A stretch of 64,000 bases of DNA. Origin: Thermotoga sp. GTDB lineage: Bacteria; Thermotogota; Thermotogae; Thermotogales; Thermotogaceae. The DNA is taken from the NCBI RefSeq assembly GCF_021162145.1, contig NZ_JAGGZH010000014.1:44147-108146 (forward strand). Direction: 5' to 3'. Below, in pieces: positions 31,945 through 43,543 of the stretch. The stretch's first letter is position 1. Each line of letters begins with the position of its first letter. Position numbers and translations under genes: made by a program. The notes beneath the pieces were generated by a model, which ran no database searches, was not told where the DNA came from, and saw nothing but the letters and a program-made list of their open reading frames with translations.

Positions 31945-33567
31945 TTGAGTATAAAGGTGTACGATACCACCTTGAGGGATGGGGCACAGGCTTTCGGTGT
32001 TTCCTTTTCCCTGGAGGACAAGATCAGAATTGCCGAGGCTCTGGACGACCTCGGCGTTCATTACCTCGAAGGGGGCTGGCCCGGCTCAAATCCGAAAGAC
32101 ATAGCGTTTTTTGAAGCCGTGAAGAACATGCGTTTCAAGAATTTAAAAGTGGCAGCTTTCAGTTCCACAAGAAGACCGAACACGAGGATAGAAGAAGATC
32201 CAAATATACAAACGCTCATAAAAGCTGAAACACCAGTTTACACGATATTCGGTAAGAGCTGGGATCTTCACGTGGAGAAAGCCCTTCGAACAACTCTTGA
32301 AGAGAACCTCAAGATGATATACGACACGATTTTTTATTTGAAGAGATTCGCCGACGAGGTGGTATACGACGCGGAACACTTCTTCGACGGATACAAGGCG
32401 AATAGAGAATACGCTCTCAAAACTCTCAAAGTGGCCGAAGAAGCTGGGGCGGATTGTCTCGTTCTCGCTGACACGAACGGAGGTACCCTTCCGCACGAAA
32501 TCGAGGAGATCATTGAAGAGGTGAAAAGGCATGTAAAAACTCCCATTGGAATACACGCCCACAACGATTCCGATGTGGCGGTGGCGAACACCCTTGCCGC
32601 TGTGAGGAAGGGAGCGGTTCATGTTCAGGGAACCATAAACGGTCTTGGAGAAAGGTGTGGAAACGCGAATCTCTGTTCTGTGATACCGAATCTTGTCCTC
32701 AAAATGGGTCTGGAAGCCATACCGAAGGAGAATCTGAAAAAACTCTTCGATGTTGCACATCTTGTAGCAGAACTTTCTGGAAGGCCGCACATAGAGAACA
32801 TGCCCTACGTTGGAGATTACGCCTTCGCTCACAAAGGAGGGGTACATGTCTCTGCCATAAAGCGCGATTCGAGAACCTACGAACACATCAGCCCAGAACT
32901 GGTTGGGAACAGGAGGATCATTTCCATCTCGGAGCTCTCAGGCCGAAGCAACGTCATCGAAAAGGTGAAGGAGATGGGATTCAAGGTAGACAGCTCTTCA
33001 CCCAAGGTCAAGGAGATCCTCAAAAAGATAAAAGAACTCGAAGCTCAGGGATATCATTTTGAGGGAGCAGAGGCATCCTTTGAGCTTCTCGTGAGGGAGA
33101 TGCTTGGAAGAAGAAAGAAGTACTTCGAATTCCTCGGATTCACTGTCATGACCGTGAAGAACAAGGACGAAAAGAGTTTCTCTGAAGCAACGGTGAAGGT
33201 TAGAGTGCCGGATGAAGTAGCGAAGAGAATGGGTCATAAGGAACCCCTCGAACACACTGCAGCTGAGGGAGAAGGGCCTGTCGAGGCATTGGACAAGGCA
33301 GTGAGAAAGGCTCTGGAGAAGTTCTACCCGTCCTTGAAGAACACGAAACTTACCGACTACAAGGTCAGAATCCTCAACGAACAGGCAGGCACCAAAGCGA
33401 CAACAAGGGTCCTCATAGAGTCCAGCGATGGAAAAAAGAGATGGGGAACTGTAGGTGTTTCCCCGAACATCATAGAGGCCTCTTGGACGGCCCTTCTTGA
33501 ATCCTTGGAGTACAAACTCCACAAGGATGAAGAGGAGATGAAAAAAGATGAGGATAAAGATATTTGA
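31945..33567 (+). CDS. cimA: (R)-citramalate synthase / LeuA-paralog (2-isopropylmalate synthase family)
   Basis: [22 protein letters not shown] and a C-terminal LeuA-dimer regulatory domain. The 540-aa CimA-like form sits upstream of a second, canonical leuA. Substrate is not decidable from sequence alone. Confidence 0.75.
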   Translation: MSIKVYDTTLRDGAQAFGVSFSLEDKIRIAEALDDLGVHYLEGGWPGSNPKDIAFFEAVKNMRFKNLKVAAFSSTRRPNTRIEEDPNIQTLIKAETPVYTIFGKSWDLHVEKALRTTLEENLKMIYDTIFYLKRFADEVVYDAEHFFDGYKANREYALKTLKVAEEAGADCLVLADTNGGTLPHEIEEIIEEVKRHVKTPIGIHAHNDSDVAVANTLAAVRKGAVHVQGTINGLGERCGNANLCSVIPNLVLKMGLEAIPKENLKKLFDVAHLVAELSGRPHIENMPYVGDYAFAHKGGVHVSAIKRDSRTYEHISPELVGNRRIISISELSGRSNVIEKVKEMGFKVDSSSPKVKEILKKIKELEAQGYHFEGAEASFELLVREMLGRRKKYFEFLGFTVMTVKNKDEKSFSEATVKVRVPDEVAKRMGHKEPLEHTAAEGEGPVEALDKAVRKALEKFYPSLKNTKLTDYKVRILNEQAGTKATTRVLIESSDGKKRWGTVGVSPNIIEASWTALLESLEYKLHKDEEEMKKDEDKDI

Positions 33568-35086
33568 TACCACCTTGAGGGATGGAGAGCAGTCCCCTGG
33601 GGCTTCCATGTCCGTTGAAGAGAAGGTTGAGGTAGCTCTCATGCTGGAGGACCTCGGTGTCGATCTCATAGAGGCGGGATTTCCTGTCTCTTCACCTGTT
33701 CAGTTCGAGGCTGTAAAAAAGGTGGCTACTACTGTCCAGAAACCCATCGTGGTTGGGCTTGCAAGGTGTGTAGAGAAAGACATAGACGTTGTGCACGAAG
33801 CCTTGAAAGATCGCCAGAAGGACAAGCGTATGATACATGTTTTCATAGCAACATCTCCGATCCATAGAAAGTACAAGTTGAAGATGGAAAAAGAAGAGAT
33901 CCTCGAGAGGGTGAGAAGATACGTTGCCTATGCCAAACAGTTCTTCGATCTCGTGGAGTTCTCGGCGGAGGACGCTACCAGAACGGAGATACCCTTTTTG
34001 ATAGAGGTCTACAAAACGGCGATCGAGGCCGGTGCAACAACGATCAACGTCCCGGACACCGTGGGATACGCCCTTCCAGATGAGTTTGGAGAACTCATAA
34101 AAACCCTGAAAGAGGGTGTACCCGGAATAAAAGACGTGGATCTTTCCGTTCACTGTCACAACGATCTTGGGCTTGCCGTAGCAAACTCACTGGCTGCTGT
34201 TCAGAACGGTGCAACTCAAGTGGAGGTAACACTGAACGGGATAGGAGAGAGGGCTGGTAACTGTTCTCTGGAAGAGTTTGTGATGACCCTGAAGGTGAGA
34301 AAAGACAAGCTCTCGTACGAAACCGGTATAAGAACAGAACTGATATACCCCGCTTCCAGGCTTCTCACTCACATAACAGGTCTCATACCGGCGAGGAACA
34401 AACCCATAGTGGGTGAGAACGTTTTCCTCCACGAGTCTGGAATACACCAGGATGGTGTTTTGAAACACAGGGAGACCTACGAGATCATGAAACCTTCGGA
34501 CATCGGAAGGTCCTCAGAAACACTGGTCCTCGGAAGGCACTCCGGAAAACACGCTCTCAGAAAGAAGCTGGAAACTTACGGCATCAAGCTCGACGATGAG
34601 ACCTTCCAGAAGGTGTTCGAGAAGTTCACGGAACTGGCCGATAGAAAGAAAGAGGTGTACGACGACGATCTCTTCTCCATTGTCTCCGAAGTCCTGAAGG
34701 AACCTTTGAATGGGTACAAACTCGTTCATTTCCACGTTCACACTGGAAACACACTGCTTCCCACGGCAGCCGTAGTGCTTCAGGTCAGAAACGAAAAGAG
34801 AGAGGCAGCAGAGACGGGCAACGGTCCTGTGGACGCCATATTCAAGGCGATCGACAAAGCTCTCGGGCTTCAGCCGAAGCTCGAAGAGTACATAATCCAG
34901 GCAGTGGGAACGGGAAAGAACGCCCAGGGAGAGGTGAAACTGACCCTGAAGATAGATGGTGAGCTTTACAGTGGAAGAGGTGTTTCCACAGACATAGTCG
35001 AGGCTTCCGCCATCGCCTACATAAACGCGATAAACAAATATCTCATAGCAAAGGGTCTTTTGAGAAAAAGCGGAGGTGTTGAATGA
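33548..35086 (+). CDS. leuA: 2-isopropylmalate synthase
   Basis: [37 protein letters not shown] and the C-terminal regulatory domain. Confidence 0.9.
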   Translation: MRIKIFDTTLRDGEQSPGASMSVEEKVEVALMLEDLGVDLIEAGFPVSSPVQFEAVKKVATTVQKPIVVGLARCVEKDIDVVHEALKDRQKDKRMIHVFIATSPIHRKYKLKMEKEEILERVRRYVAYAKQFFDLVEFSAEDATRTEIPFLIEVYKTAIEAGATTINVPDTVGYALPDEFGELIKTLKEGVPGIKDVDLSVHCHNDLGLAVANSLAAVQNGATQVEVTLNGIGERAGNCSLEEFVMTLKVRKDKLSYETGIRTELIYPASRLLTHITGLIPARNKPIVGENVFLHESGIHQDGVLKHRETYEIMKPSDIGRSSETLVLGRHSGKHALRKKLETYGIKLDDETFQKVFEKFTELADRKKEVYDDDLFSIVSEVLKEPLNGYKLVHFHVHTGNTLLPTAAVVLQVRNEKREAAETGNGPVDAIFKAIDKALGLQPKLEEYIIQAVGTGKNAQGEVKLTLKIDGELYSGRGVSTDIVEASAIAYINAINKYLIAKGLLRKSGGVE

Positions 35087-36340
35087 ATGACCCTTGCGGA
35101 AAAAATTCTCTCCGGGAAAGCTGGAAGGAAGGTTGAACCAGGTGAGTTTCTACTCCTGGAGCCAGATGTTGCCCTTGCGAACGACATAACCGCCCCCCTT
35201 GCCATCAGGAAGTTCAAGGAGTACGGTGGAAAGAAGGTTAGGTACCCAGACAGGGTGGTTCTCGTCCCGGACCACTTCACACCGAACAAAGACATAAAAT
35301 CCGCCATGCAGGTGAAGATGATGAGAGAATTCGCCCGAGAACAGGGGATAGAGAAGTTCTTTGAGATAGGAAGAATGGGCATTGAACATGTTTTGCTTCC
35401 CGAGGAGGGACTCGTGAAGTCGGGCGATCTCGTCGTGGGGGCAGACTCCCACACGTGCACCTATGGAGCTTTGGGAGCCTTTGCCACGGGTGTTGGTTCC
35501 ACGGACGTAGCGGGTTTCTACCTCATTGGGAAAGTGTGGTTGCGCGTCCCAGAGAGTATAAAAGTGATGCTCCGTGGAAAGTTCAACGAGATGGTGACCG
35601 CCAAAGACCTTGTTTTGAAACTCATATCCATCCTCGGAGTGGATGGAGCGAACTACAAGGTCATAGAATTCTCGGGACCTGGGGTGAAAGAGATCTCTAT
35701 GGAAGGAAGGTTCACCGTATCGAACATGGCTATAGAGGCGGGAGGAAAAACTGGGCTCTTCCCGGTAGATGAGATCACCATCGCTTACGAGAAAGAAAGA
35801 GGCATAGAGGTCGAAGAGATGTACCCAGACGAGGATGCAAAATACGTAAAGGAAGTGGAGATGGATCTTTCCGAACTCGAACCTCAGGTTGCCTATCCCT
35901 TCCTTCCGTCCAATGCAAAGGATATCTCTGAGACAGAAAAGGATCGTATCAAGATAGATCAGGTGGTGATAGGAAGCTGTACCAACGGAAGGATAGAAGA
36001 CCTCAGGCTCGCGGCACAGATCCTGAAAGGGAGAACCGTTGCTCCAAACGTGCGGTGTATCATCATACCTGGCTCTCAGAGAGTCTATAAGCAGGCCCTG
36101 AAGGAGGGGCTGATCGATGTTTTCCTCGATGCTGGTTGTGCTGTTTCCACTCCAACGTGTGGACCCTGTCTTGGGGGACACATGGGGGTTCTTGCGGAAG
36201 GAGAGATCGCTATCTCCACAACCAATAGGAACTTCGTGGGAAGGATGGGGCATCCAAACAGCAAGGTTTTTCTTGCGTCTCCCGCTGTTGCCGCAGCCAG
36301 TGCAGTGAAGGGATACATAGCGGATCCAAGAAAACTGTGA
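35087..36340 (+). CDS. leuC: 3-isopropylmalate dehydratase large subunit
   Basis: Aconitase-family motifs [26 protein letters not shown] and CGPCLG. It is 417 aa. Confidence 0.95.
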   Translation: MTLAEKILSGKAGRKVEPGEFLLLEPDVALANDITAPLAIRKFKEYGGKKVRYPDRVVLVPDHFTPNKDIKSAMQVKMMREFAREQGIEKFFEIGRMGIEHVLLPEEGLVKSGDLVVGADSHTCTYGALGAFATGVGSTDVAGFYLIGKVWLRVPESIKVMLRGKFNEMVTAKDLVLKLISILGVDGANYKVIEFSGPGVKEISMEGRFTVSNMAIEAGGKTGLFPVDEITIAYEKERGIEVEEMYPDEDAKYVKEVEMDLSELEPQVAYPFLPSNAKDISETEKDRIKIDQVVIGSCTNGRIEDLRLAAQILKGRTVAPNVRCIIIPGSQRVYKQALKEGLIDVFLDAGCAVSTPTCGPCLGGHMGVLAEGEIAISTTNRNFVGRMGHPNSKVFLASPAVAAASAVKGYIADPRKL

Positions 36341-36350
36341 GGTGATGGGA

Positions 36351-36845
36351 ATGAAGATAAAAGGGAAGGTGTTTGTTTTTGGCGACAATGTGAACACAGA
36401 CGAGATCATACCTGCAAGGTATCTGAACACCTCCGACCCTCAGGAGCTTGCAAAGTACTGCATGGAAGACGTGAGACCGGGCTTTGGAAGGCGTGACGAT
36501 ATAAAGGGAGGTATCATCGTCGCTGGTGAGAACTTCGGCTGTGGTTCCTCAAGGGAGCATGCACCGGTTGCCATAAAAGCTGCCGGTATCTCCTGCGTTA
36601 TAGCCAAGTCTTTTGCCAGGATATTCTTCAGAAACGCCATAAACATTGGCCTTCCCATTGTCGAACTGAAGGAGGCCGACGAGTTCGAGGAAGGAGACAC
36701 AGCGGAGGTGGACCTGGAAAACGGTGTCGTGAGGAACCTCACGAAGGAAAAGGAGTACAAAATAAGACCCTATCCAGAGTTTCTCATGAGGATCATAGAC
36801 GCGGGTGGCTGGCTCGAATACTGTTTGAAGGAAGTGGGGGAGTGA
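36351..36845 (+). CDS. leuD: 3-isopropylmalate dehydratase small subunit
   Basis: [15 protein letters not shown] and [17 protein letters not shown] 36351 lies 6 nt after GAGGTGA. Confidence 0.95.
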   Translation: MKIKGKVFVFGDNVNTDEIIPARYLNTSDPQELAKYCMEDVRPGFGRRDDIKGGIIVAGENFGCGSSREHAPVAIKAAGISCVIAKSFARIFFRNAINIGLPIVELKEADEFEEGDTAEVDLENGVVRNLTKEKEYKIRPYPEFLMRIIDAGGWLEYCLKEVGE

Positions 36846-36848
36846 TCG

Positions 36849-37913
36849 ATGAAGATAGCCATTCTACCAGGAGACGGTATAGGTCCTGAAGTTATGAGAG
36901 AAGCACTGAAAGTGCTGGAAGTTGTGGAAAAAAAGACTGGAAAGACCTTCGAAAAGATTTTCGGTCACATCGGAGGGGAAGCCATAGACAAGTTCGGTGA
37001 TCCCCTCCCGGAGGAAACCAGAAGGATCTGCATGGAGGCAGATGCCATCTTCCTCGGAAGCGTTGGAGGTCCAAAATGGGATAATCTTCCGCCGGAGAAG
37101 AGGCCGGAGATAGGTGGACTTCTCGCCCTGAGAAAGATGCTCAACCTTTACGCGAACATCAGACCGATAAAAGTTTACAGGTCCCTTGTGTCCATTTCTC
37201 CTCTAAAGGAAAGGGTGATCGAAGCGGGTGTTGATCTTGTTACTGTGAGAGAGCTTTCCTACGGTGTGTACTACGGGAAGCCGCGGGGTATCGATGAAGA
37301 GAAAGGCTTTGACACCATGATCTACGACAGAAAGACCGTGGAATACATTGCAAGGACAGCTTTCGAAATCGCAAGAAACAGAAGAAAAAAGGTCACCTCC
37401 GTTGACAAAGCGAATGTCCTTTACAGCTCGATGCTCTGGAGGAAAGTGGTGAGTGAGGTTGCAGAAGATTATCCGGACGTTGAACTTTCTCACATGTATG
37501 TGGACAACGCCGCGATGCAGCTCATACTGAGACCTTCACAGTTCGATGTGATCCTCACGACGAACATGTTCGGTGACATACTCTCAGATGAGAGTGCCGC
37601 GCTTCCAGGGTCTCTTGGTCTTCTCCCATCAGCTTCCTTTGGTGACAAAAATCTTTACGAACCGGCAGGTGGTTCTGCGCCTGACATTGCGGGAAAGAAC
37701 GTGGCAAATCCCATAGCCCAGATTCTGTCTCTTGCCATGATGCTCGAGTTTTCCTTCGGTATGGTGGATGAGGCAAGAAAGATAGAAAAGGCCGTCGAGA
37801 TGGTGATCGAAGAGGGATACAGAACAAGGGATATAGCAGAGGATCCGGAAAAAGCCGTTTCCACTTCTCAAATGGGGGATCTCATATGTAAGAAACTGGA
37901 AGAAATATGGTGA
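36849..37913 (+). CDS. leuB: 3-isopropylmalate dehydrogenase
   Basis: [34 protein letters not shown] and [10 protein letters not shown]. Confidence 0.95.
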   Translation: MKIAILPGDGIGPEVMREALKVLEVVEKKTGKTFEKIFGHIGGEAIDKFGDPLPEETRRICMEADAIFLGSVGGPKWDNLPPEKRPEIGGLLALRKMLNLYANIRPIKVYRSLVSISPLKERVIEAGVDLVTVRELSYGVYYGKPRGIDEEKGFDTMIYDRKTVEYIARTAFEIARNRRKKVTSVDKANVLYSSMLWRKVVSEVAEDYPDVELSHMYVDNAAMQLILRPSQFDVILTTNMFGDILSDESAALPGSLGLLPSASFGDKNLYEPAGGSAPDIAGKNVANPIAQILSLAMMLEFSFGMVDEARKIEKAVEMVIEEGYRTRDIAEDPEKAVSTSQMGDLICKKLEEIW

Positions 37914-37931
37914 AGGGCCGGAAGGCCCTTC
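37912..37931. terminator. shared hairpin between convergent leuB and carB
   Basis: GAAGGGCC-GGAA-GGCCCTTC, an 8-bp perfect stem whose ends overlap the leuB TGA (37911-13) and the carB stop (37930-32). There is no strong T-tract. Confidence 0.45.
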
Positions 37932-40900
37932 ACACTTTCCATGTATCGGTGAGTTTTCTTACCTTCACAACCGAACCCTTCTTCATTTTCCTGATCGCCG
38001 ACACCGCTGCTCTGAGTGCTTCCACCGTTGTCAAGTATGGGATTTTTCTCTTCAAGGCCGTGGTTCTTATCATGTATCCTACCGTTCTTCTTCCTTCTAT
38101 CCTGAAGGGATCTTTTCCATGCGAAACTGCAACGAGAGAGGGTTCATCACTGGATTGGGTGATCACAACGAGGGAGATTCTTCCTTGCTCCAGGAGGTCG
38201 ATCACGTCCGGCCTTCCTTCACCTACCTTTGGAACGACCTTGACTTCTACACCATGTGACTTCAAAGCCTTTGCGGTACCCCTTGTAGCGTAGATCTCAA
38301 AGCCCATATCTGCAAGGTGTGCAAGCAGGGGAATCGCATCCCTCTTGTCCTTGTCTGCGATCGTTGCAAGGATAGCGCCACTTGTTGGCAGAGGATTTCC
38401 GGCTGCTATCTGGGCCTTTGCGAAGGCCTCTGCAAAATCTTCTCCTATTCCCATGACCTCTCCCGTGGAGCGCATTTCCGGGCCGAGCAGAACGTCCGTG
38501 CCTGGGAACTTGTGGAACGGTATCACCACTTCCTTCACGGAGAACATCCTCGGCCACGGCGTTGGAAGGATCTCACTCTCTCCCAGATTGACAGCACTCG
38601 CTTTCGGTCTTGTTGGATACGGGAAGTACTCGGAAAGAAGCTCTGGAAGGGACCTCCCCACCATGATTCTGGCAGCAATCCTTGCCACGGGGATCCCAAT
38701 CGCCTTGCTTACGAATGGAACCGTCCTTGATGCCCGCGGATTTGCTTCTATTATGTAGATCTCATCGTCTTTCACCGCCATCTGTATGTTTGCAACACCC
38801 ACTATCTTCAGTGTTTTCACCAGCTTGTAAACGGTTTTCTCTATATCATCCACGAGTTTTTCCGACAGACTCACGGGTGGAAGAACGCATGCCGAGTCTC
38901 CAGAATGGACTCCCGCCTCTTCGATCTGCTCCATCAATCCCGCTATCCATACGTACTTTCCATCAGACACGACATCCACGTCGAGTTCTATCGCATCCTC
39001 CAAAAATTTGTCTACCAATATGGGATATCCCGGCGAGACAACAGCCGCTTCCCTCACGTACCTTTCCAGTTCCTGTGGTGTGTCAACGATTGCCATGGCC
39101 CTTCCTCCAAGAACGTAGCTTGGCCGCACCAGCACTGGATACCCGAGACTTTCTGCTACCTTCAGCGCTTCTTCCACGGACGTCGCTGTCCCGAATGGTG
39201 GGCACTTCAGTCCTATTTGTTTGAGGAGCCTTGCAAATTTTTCCCTGTCTTCTGCGATCTCTATCGACTCGAAACTCGTTCCTATTATGTTCACTCCCTC
39301 TTCCACAAGGTGTCTTGCTATCCTCAGGGGAGTCTGTCCGCCGAATGCCACCACAACACCCTTGGGTTTCTCATTCCTCACTATCTCCAGAACGTCTTCA
39401 ACCGTGAGAGGTTCGAAATAGAGCCTGTCGGAGGTGTCGTAATCTGTCGAAACGGTTTCTGGGTTGGAATTCACCATGATCGCCTCGTATCCCTCTTCTT
39501 GGAACGCCCACACACCGTGAACGTTCGTATAATCGAACTCTATACCCTGACCTATTCTGTTGGGGCCAGATCCGAGGATCATGATCTTCTCTCTCTCGGT
39601 CGGGATGGCTTCGTTCTCTGTTCCGCTGTACGTGGAGTAGTAGTAAGGGGTCTGTGCTTCGAACTCCGCTGCACAGGTATCCACCATCTTGTAGACGGGA
39701 AAGATTTTGTTTTTTTCTCTCATCTTCCTCACTTCTTTCTCAGAAACCTGCCAGATCTTTGCAATTTCCTTGTCGGAGTACCCCCACTGCTTTGCCTTCC
39801 TGAGGATCTCAACATCGAATCTCTTTTTCTTCAGCTCCTTTTCGAGTTCGATACATGCCTTCATTTCTCTGAGGAACCATCTGTCTATTTTCGTGAGTTC
39901 ATGCACCTCTTCCTCGTCCATGCCGCTTCTGAACGCGGCGAAGATGTATGAGATCCTCTCCGGGGCTGGATTTGCAAGGTGTTCTCTTATGTGATCCAGG
40001 TCGAGATCTGGTGTGGCATCGAGCTCGAGTGATCTCAACGCCTTTCCCAATGCCTCTTTAAAAGTCCTTCCTATCGCCATAACCTCGCCGACGGATTTCA
40101 TCTGGGTGTTGAGTCTTGGATCTGTCCCGGGAAACTTTTCCAGCTGGAACCTTGGTATCTTCACCACGACGTAGTCTATGGAGGGTTCAAAGGCAGCCAT
40201 CGTCTTTCCTGTGATGTAGTTAGGTATCTCATCGAGGGTGAATCCAACGGCAAGAAGGGCTGCGATCTTTGCTATGGGGTATCCCGTTGCCTTCGACGCC
40301 AGGGCGGACGATCTCGAAACCCTCGGATTCATCTCTATGACGACCATTCTTCCTGTCTTTGGATCTACAGCGAACTGGATGTTCGAGCCACCCGTTTCTA
40401 TACCGATCGCATTGATGACTTTGTAAGCCGCATCCCTCATCCTCTGGTACTCAACGTCCGTGAGGGTCTGAGAAGGAGCAACCGTGATGGAGTCCCCTGT
40501 ATGTATGCCCATCGGGTCAAGGTTTTCTATCGAACAAACGACGATGAAATTTCCCGCACCATCCCTCACCACTTCGAGTTCGTACTCTTTCCATCCGATA
40601 ACGGACTCTTCTATGAGGACGGTGTGGACTGGACTTTCGATGAGACCTTTTGTGACGATCTCTCTCAGTTCTTCCTCATTGAAAGCAACTCCTCCACCCG
40701 TTCCCCCCAGCGTAAAGCTCGGTCTTACGATGACAGGATATCCAAATTCTTTTGCCGTATCCACGGCATCTGCCAGGTTGTTTACGAGCCTGCTCTTCAA
40801 CACTTCGAGCCCTGCTTTCCTCATGGTCTCTTTGAACAGCTCTCTGTCTTCGGCCTTTTTGATGGATTCCAGCTTTGCGCCTATCAGCTGTACCCCGTAC

Positions 40901-41229
40901 CTGTCGAGTATACCCCTTTCGGCAAGTTCCACGGCAAGGTTCAAGGCAGTTTGTCCTCCTAGGGTGGGAAGCAGGGCGTCCGGCCTTTCTTTCTTTATGA
41001 TCTCCTCCAGAAACTCAACCGTCAACGGTTCTATGTAGACGGCATCCGAGAACTCCGGATCGGTCATTATGGTTGCAGAGTTGGAGTTGACGATGACCAC
41101 CTCGTACCCTGTGCTCTTCAAGGCCTTGAGGGCCTGTGTTCCGGAGTAATCGAACTCGGCAGCCTGACCGATCATGATCGGACCGGACCCTATGACGAGG
41201 ATCCTCTTTATGTCGTCTCTTCTCGGCAT
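37930..41229 (-). CDS. carB: carbamoyl-phosphate synthase large subunit
   Basis: [33 protein letters not shown], duplicated ATP-grasp halves and a C-terminal MGS-like domain. It is about 1099 aa from ATG 41229. Confidence 0.95.
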   Translation of the reverse strand: MPRRDDIKRILVIGSGPIMIGQAAEFDYSGTQALKALKSTGYEVVIVNSNSATIMTDPEFSDAVYIEPLTVEFLEEIIKKERPDALLPTLGGQTALNLAVELAERGILDRYGVQLIGAKLESIKKAEDRELFKETMRKAGLEVLKSRLVNNLADAVDTAKEFGYPVIVRPSFTLGGTGGGVAFNEEELREIVTKGLIESPVHTVLIEESVIGWKEYELEVVRDGAGNFIVVCSIENLDPMGIHTGDSITVAPSQTLTDVEYQRMRDAAYKVINAIGIETGGSNIQFAVDPKTGRMVVIEMNPRVSRSSALASKATGYPIAKIAALLAVGFTLDEIPNYITGKTMAAFEPSIDYVVVKIPRFQLEKFPGTDPRLNTQMKSVGEVMAIGRTFKEALGKALRSLELDATPDLDLDHIREHLANPAPERISYIFAAFRSGMDEEEVHELTKIDRWFLREMKACIELEKELKKKRFDVEILRKAKQWGYSDKEIAKIWQVSEKEVRKMREKNKIFPVYKMVDTCAAEFEAQTPYYYSTYSGTENEAIPTEREKIMILGSGPNRIGQGIEFDYTNVHGVWAFQEEGYEAIMVNSNPETVSTDYDTSDRLYFEPLTVEDVLEIVRNEKPKGVVVAFGGQTPLRIARHLVEEGVNIIGTSFESIEIAEDREKFARLLKQIGLKCPPFGTATSVEEALKVAESLGYPVLVRPSYVLGGRAMAIVDTPQELERYVREAAVVSPGYPILVDKFLEDAIELDVDVVSDGKYVWIAGLMEQIEEAGVHSGDSACVLPPVSLSEKLVDDIEKTVYKLVKTLKIVGVANIQMAVKDDEIYIIEANPRASRTVPFVSKAIGIPVARIAARIMVGRSLPELLSEYFPYPTRPKASAVNLGESEILPTPWPRMFSVKEVVIPFHKFPGTDVLLGPEMRSTGEVMGIGEDFAEAFAKAQIAAGNPLPTSGAILATIADKDKRDAIPLLAHLADMGFEIYATRGTAKALKSHGVEVKVVPKVGEGRPDVIDLLEQGRISLVVITQSSDEPSLVAVSHGKDPFRIEGRRTVGYMIRTTALKRKIPYLTTVEALRAAVSAIRKMKKGSVVKVRKLTDTWKV

Positions 41230-42401
41230 TACCTTACCTCCTTTATGAGGCGTTTGAACTCGTCGAAGAAGCATTTCGCATCGTGGGGACCGGGGGAGGC
41301 TTCGGGATGATATTGAACAGAAAAGGCTGGATAATCAACCAGCCTTATTCCCTCTAAAGTGCCATCGTTCAGTGAGATGTGGGTGACTTCAACCCTCACT
41401 CCTTGTGGACTGGTTCCCTCGAGGACAGATATCTTCTGAAGGTTCTTGGTGAGAACGTTCGCATCCTGATCTTCGCTTCCAAGTTCCGGCAGTCCAAAGC
41501 TCTTCGGATTCACCGCAAAACCGTGGTTGTGAGTGGTGATCAGAACGCGCCCCGTCCTCAAATCTTTCACAGGATGGTTGATTCCTCTGTGGCCGAACTT
41601 CATCTTGTACGTTCTGCCGCCTATTGCAAGACCAAGGAGCTGATGTCCAAGACAAATTCCCGCGAGGGGGATCTCCTCTTTCAGAAGATCTTTTATCAAA
41701 CGCACAGTTTTCAGGAGGGCGGCGGGATCTCCTGGACCGTTGGAAATGAGAACTCCATCTGGGTTGAGCTTTTTGATGTCGTCTGCGTCCACACCGTAAG
41801 GTACCCTCATCACCCGTGCTCCCACTCTCTTCAGGTCTCTGAGGATACCCCATTTCACCCCAGAGTCCAGGACAACAACCGAAAATTCTCCCTCTTCGTT
41901 TTCCACGATGGTTTCTTTTGGAGAAACAAGCCCTGCCAGGTCCCTTCCTACTATGCCGGGACTTTCCCTCACACGTTTAACCAGAGAGTCTGGATCCAGA
42001 TCCACAGTAGATATGGCACCTTTCATTGCTCCTTTCACGCGGATCTTTCTTGTGAGGGCCCTCGTGTCAACTCCTTCAATGGCAACGATGTTGTGTTTTT
42101 TCAGATAATCTGGGAAGGACATGGTGGCTCTCCAGCTGGAAGGAACGCTCACACTCCTGTAAACAACGAATCCCGCAACTTTTATTCCATCCGATTCCAC
42201 GTCTTCCTCGTTCACGCCGTAGATTCCTATCTCGGGGTAGGTCATCACAACGATCTGGCCCGTGTAGGAGGGATCGGTGAGAACTTCCTGATATCCCGTC
42301 ATTCCCGTGTTGAAAACCAGTTCACCGAAGGTCTCACCTTCTGCTCCCAGGCTCTGTCCAAAAAAAAACGATCCGTCTTCCAAAGCAAGGAGTGCTTTCA
42401 T
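41229..42401 (-). CDS. carA: carbamoyl-phosphate synthase small (glutaminase) subunit
   Basis: [26 protein letters not shown] (catalytic Cys), and HNHGFAV and [12 protein letters not shown]. The stop overlaps the carB ATG (TAATG). Confidence 0.95.
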   Translation of the reverse strand: MKALLALEDGSFFFGQSLGAEGETFGELVFNTGMTGYQEVLTDPSYTGQIVVMTYPEIGIYGVNEEDVESDGIKVAGFVVYRSVSVPSSWRATMSFPDYLKKHNIVAIEGVDTRALTRKIRVKGAMKGAISTVDLDPDSLVKRVRESPGIVGRDLAGLVSPKETIVENEEGEFSVVVLDSGVKWGILRDLKRVGARVMRVPYGVDADDIKKLNPDGVLISNGPGDPAALLKTVRLIKDLLKEEIPLAGICLGHQLLGLAIGGRTYKMKFGHRGINHPVKDLRTGRVLITTHNHGFAVNPKSFGLPELGSEDQDANVLTKNLQKISVLEGTSPQGVRVEVTHISLNDGTLEGIRLVDYPAFSVQYHPEASPGPHDAKCFFDEFKRLIKEVR

Positions 42402-42636
42402 GTTGCACCTCCTTCCCTTTCTCAAAGATTATAACCGTGGGTGGATGCTTGGCCTACTTTCTTTACTTTAAGTTAAAGGAAAGTCACGGGGTTTTAATTA
42501 GGAATAAACATTTAATATCTGAGAATTTCCATGCAAGATTTACAGGGTACATTCTTCGTGGTGAAGCAGGGTGTAGGATAACAGGGTAAGATGAATAAAT
42601 AGTCTTCAGAAAGCTGAGCATCAGCTCGAGGTAAGG

Positions 42637-42717
42637 TTGGTGAAAGATGAAAAGGAATGGCTTCTGTGCGATTTTCATATACACACGAGCATGAGTGATG
42701 GACACTATGTAACTTGA
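42637..42717 (+). pseudogene. N-terminal fragment of a PHP-domain phosphoesterase gene (about 26 codons, then stop)
   Basis: The translation (L)[25 protein letters not shown] carries the hallmark PHP motif D-x-H-x-H-T-x-x-S-D-G. The frame terminates at 42715-42717. Confidence 0.4.
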
Positions 42718-42833
42718 CAGCGGGTAAAGACCCCAGAACTTGCGAACTGTCTCTTGCCATTTTGAACGAAGAGATCGAACACGAGTCCTGGTTTTCTGAG
42801 TTCCTGGGAGAAGGTCTTCCAGACACTTCATGA
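42699..42833 (+). pseudogene. C-terminal fragment of a ferritin/bacterioferritin-like gene
   Basis: The translation ...[36 protein letters not shown] resembles the last helix of Bfr-like proteins (ExxH followed by W). No upstream ORF or start is present. A possible relic hairpin GAGACG...CGTCTC follows the stop. Confidence 0.4.
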
Positions 42834-42911
42834 GACGCGGAGAAACCTCGCCGTTCGTCTCGAAATTTCTAAGGTGAGAATGAGATAAAGCACCATCGGG
42901 CACACTTTTTG

Positions 42912-43475
42912 CTATATCGAATTTTTAGAGCGATTGACGACCTTTTTGGCTCTCTTCTTCCACACAGCATAGAGAACCATCATCACCGCAAAAAGAACGA
43001 TGCCGAACAACTTCGAGTATTTGAAGAACACTCTTCCTGCCATCAGTGCGGAGAAAAAGAACACGCTCTCGTAGAATAAGTCTCCGACCCATATCACAAG
43101 AAGTGTTTCGAGTCTCCTTCCTATGTATCCTGCAAGAAACGGTGTGAACTTTCCCACCCACGGAACGAATTTGCAGAATGGAACCAGAATCTTCTCTGTG
43201 GAAATATAAACGTTCAAAAACTCCTTCAGGATTTTCTGAAAGACCTTCCACTTGAGTTTAGAAAAAAGTGGTTTCAACGCCTTTCCTGCAAAAAAAGTGA
43301 GAGAATCCCAGCTCAAAAGCCCCAGATAGATCACCGGGAAAGCCAGAAGCGTCCGCATCTTCCCTGCAGAAATCAGCGTGGACGCTGCTAGAATAGGAAG
43401 GGGTGTACCCGAGTTGTCGAAAAGAAACGTCGCCAGAAAGAGTAACAGATACTTCAAGTTTTTCGCTCCCTTCAT
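42912..43475 (-). CDS. DedA/VTT-family membrane protein
   Basis: A 187-aa polytopic membrane protein with F.KFVPWVGKFTPFLAGYIG, resembling the DedA reentrant-loop motif. Confidence 0.8.
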   Translation of the reverse strand: MKGAKNLKYLLLFLATFLFDNSGTPLPILAASTLISAGKMRTLLAFPVIYLGLLSWDSLTFFAGKALKPLFSKLKWKVFQKILKEFLNVYISTEKILVPFCKFVPWVGKFTPFLAGYIGRRLETLLVIWVGDLFYESVFFFSALMAGRVFFKYSKLFGIVLFAVMMVLYAVWKKRAKKVVNRSKNSI

Positions 43476-43543
43476 GAAATATAATAGCGCATGGAGGTGA
43501 TGAGAAGATAATCGATACGAGAGTAGAAAAAACCAACGAAAGG

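Noticed and set aside
31963-31982. A 20-nt exact repeat, GATACCACCTTGAGGGATGG, also present at 33566-33585.
   Set aside because: Both copies encode the conserved DTTLRDG motif at the start of paralogous LeuA-family genes. This is paralogue conservation, not a mobile or regulatory repeat.
35150-36430. A long minus-strand ORF (426 aa) opposite leuC. Similar antisense ORFs lie at 8082-9203, 30871-32061, 38905-39951 (+ strand, opposite carB), 41379-42434 and 16832-17605.
   Set aside because: Each lies opposite a strongly supported conserved gene, and none shows a motif I recognise. I treat them as non-coding shadow frames.
42435-42500. An imperfect long hairpin (CCGTG...CTTTCTTTAC...TAAAGGAAAG.CACGG) followed by GTTTTAATT, near the carA start.
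   Set aside because: The pairing is interrupted and A/T-rich. I could not settle on a consistent fold by eye or assign a strand or function. It would need computational folding and conservation analysis.
42591-42608. An ARG-box-like sequence, ATGAATAAATAGTCTTCA, upstream of carAB.
   Set aside because: Only about 13 of 17 positions match the generic ArgR consensus as I remember it. It lies about 190 nt from the carA start, is a single box rather than the usual tandem pair, and sits in A/T-rich DNA where such matches arise by chance.
42484-42903. A 139-aa minus-strand ORF filling the carA-dedA gap.
   Set aside because: I recognise no family and see no clear RBS. The opposite strand carries PHP-like and ferritin-like fragments, which explains the region better as decayed DNA. 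It could only be rescued by evidence of conservation or expression.
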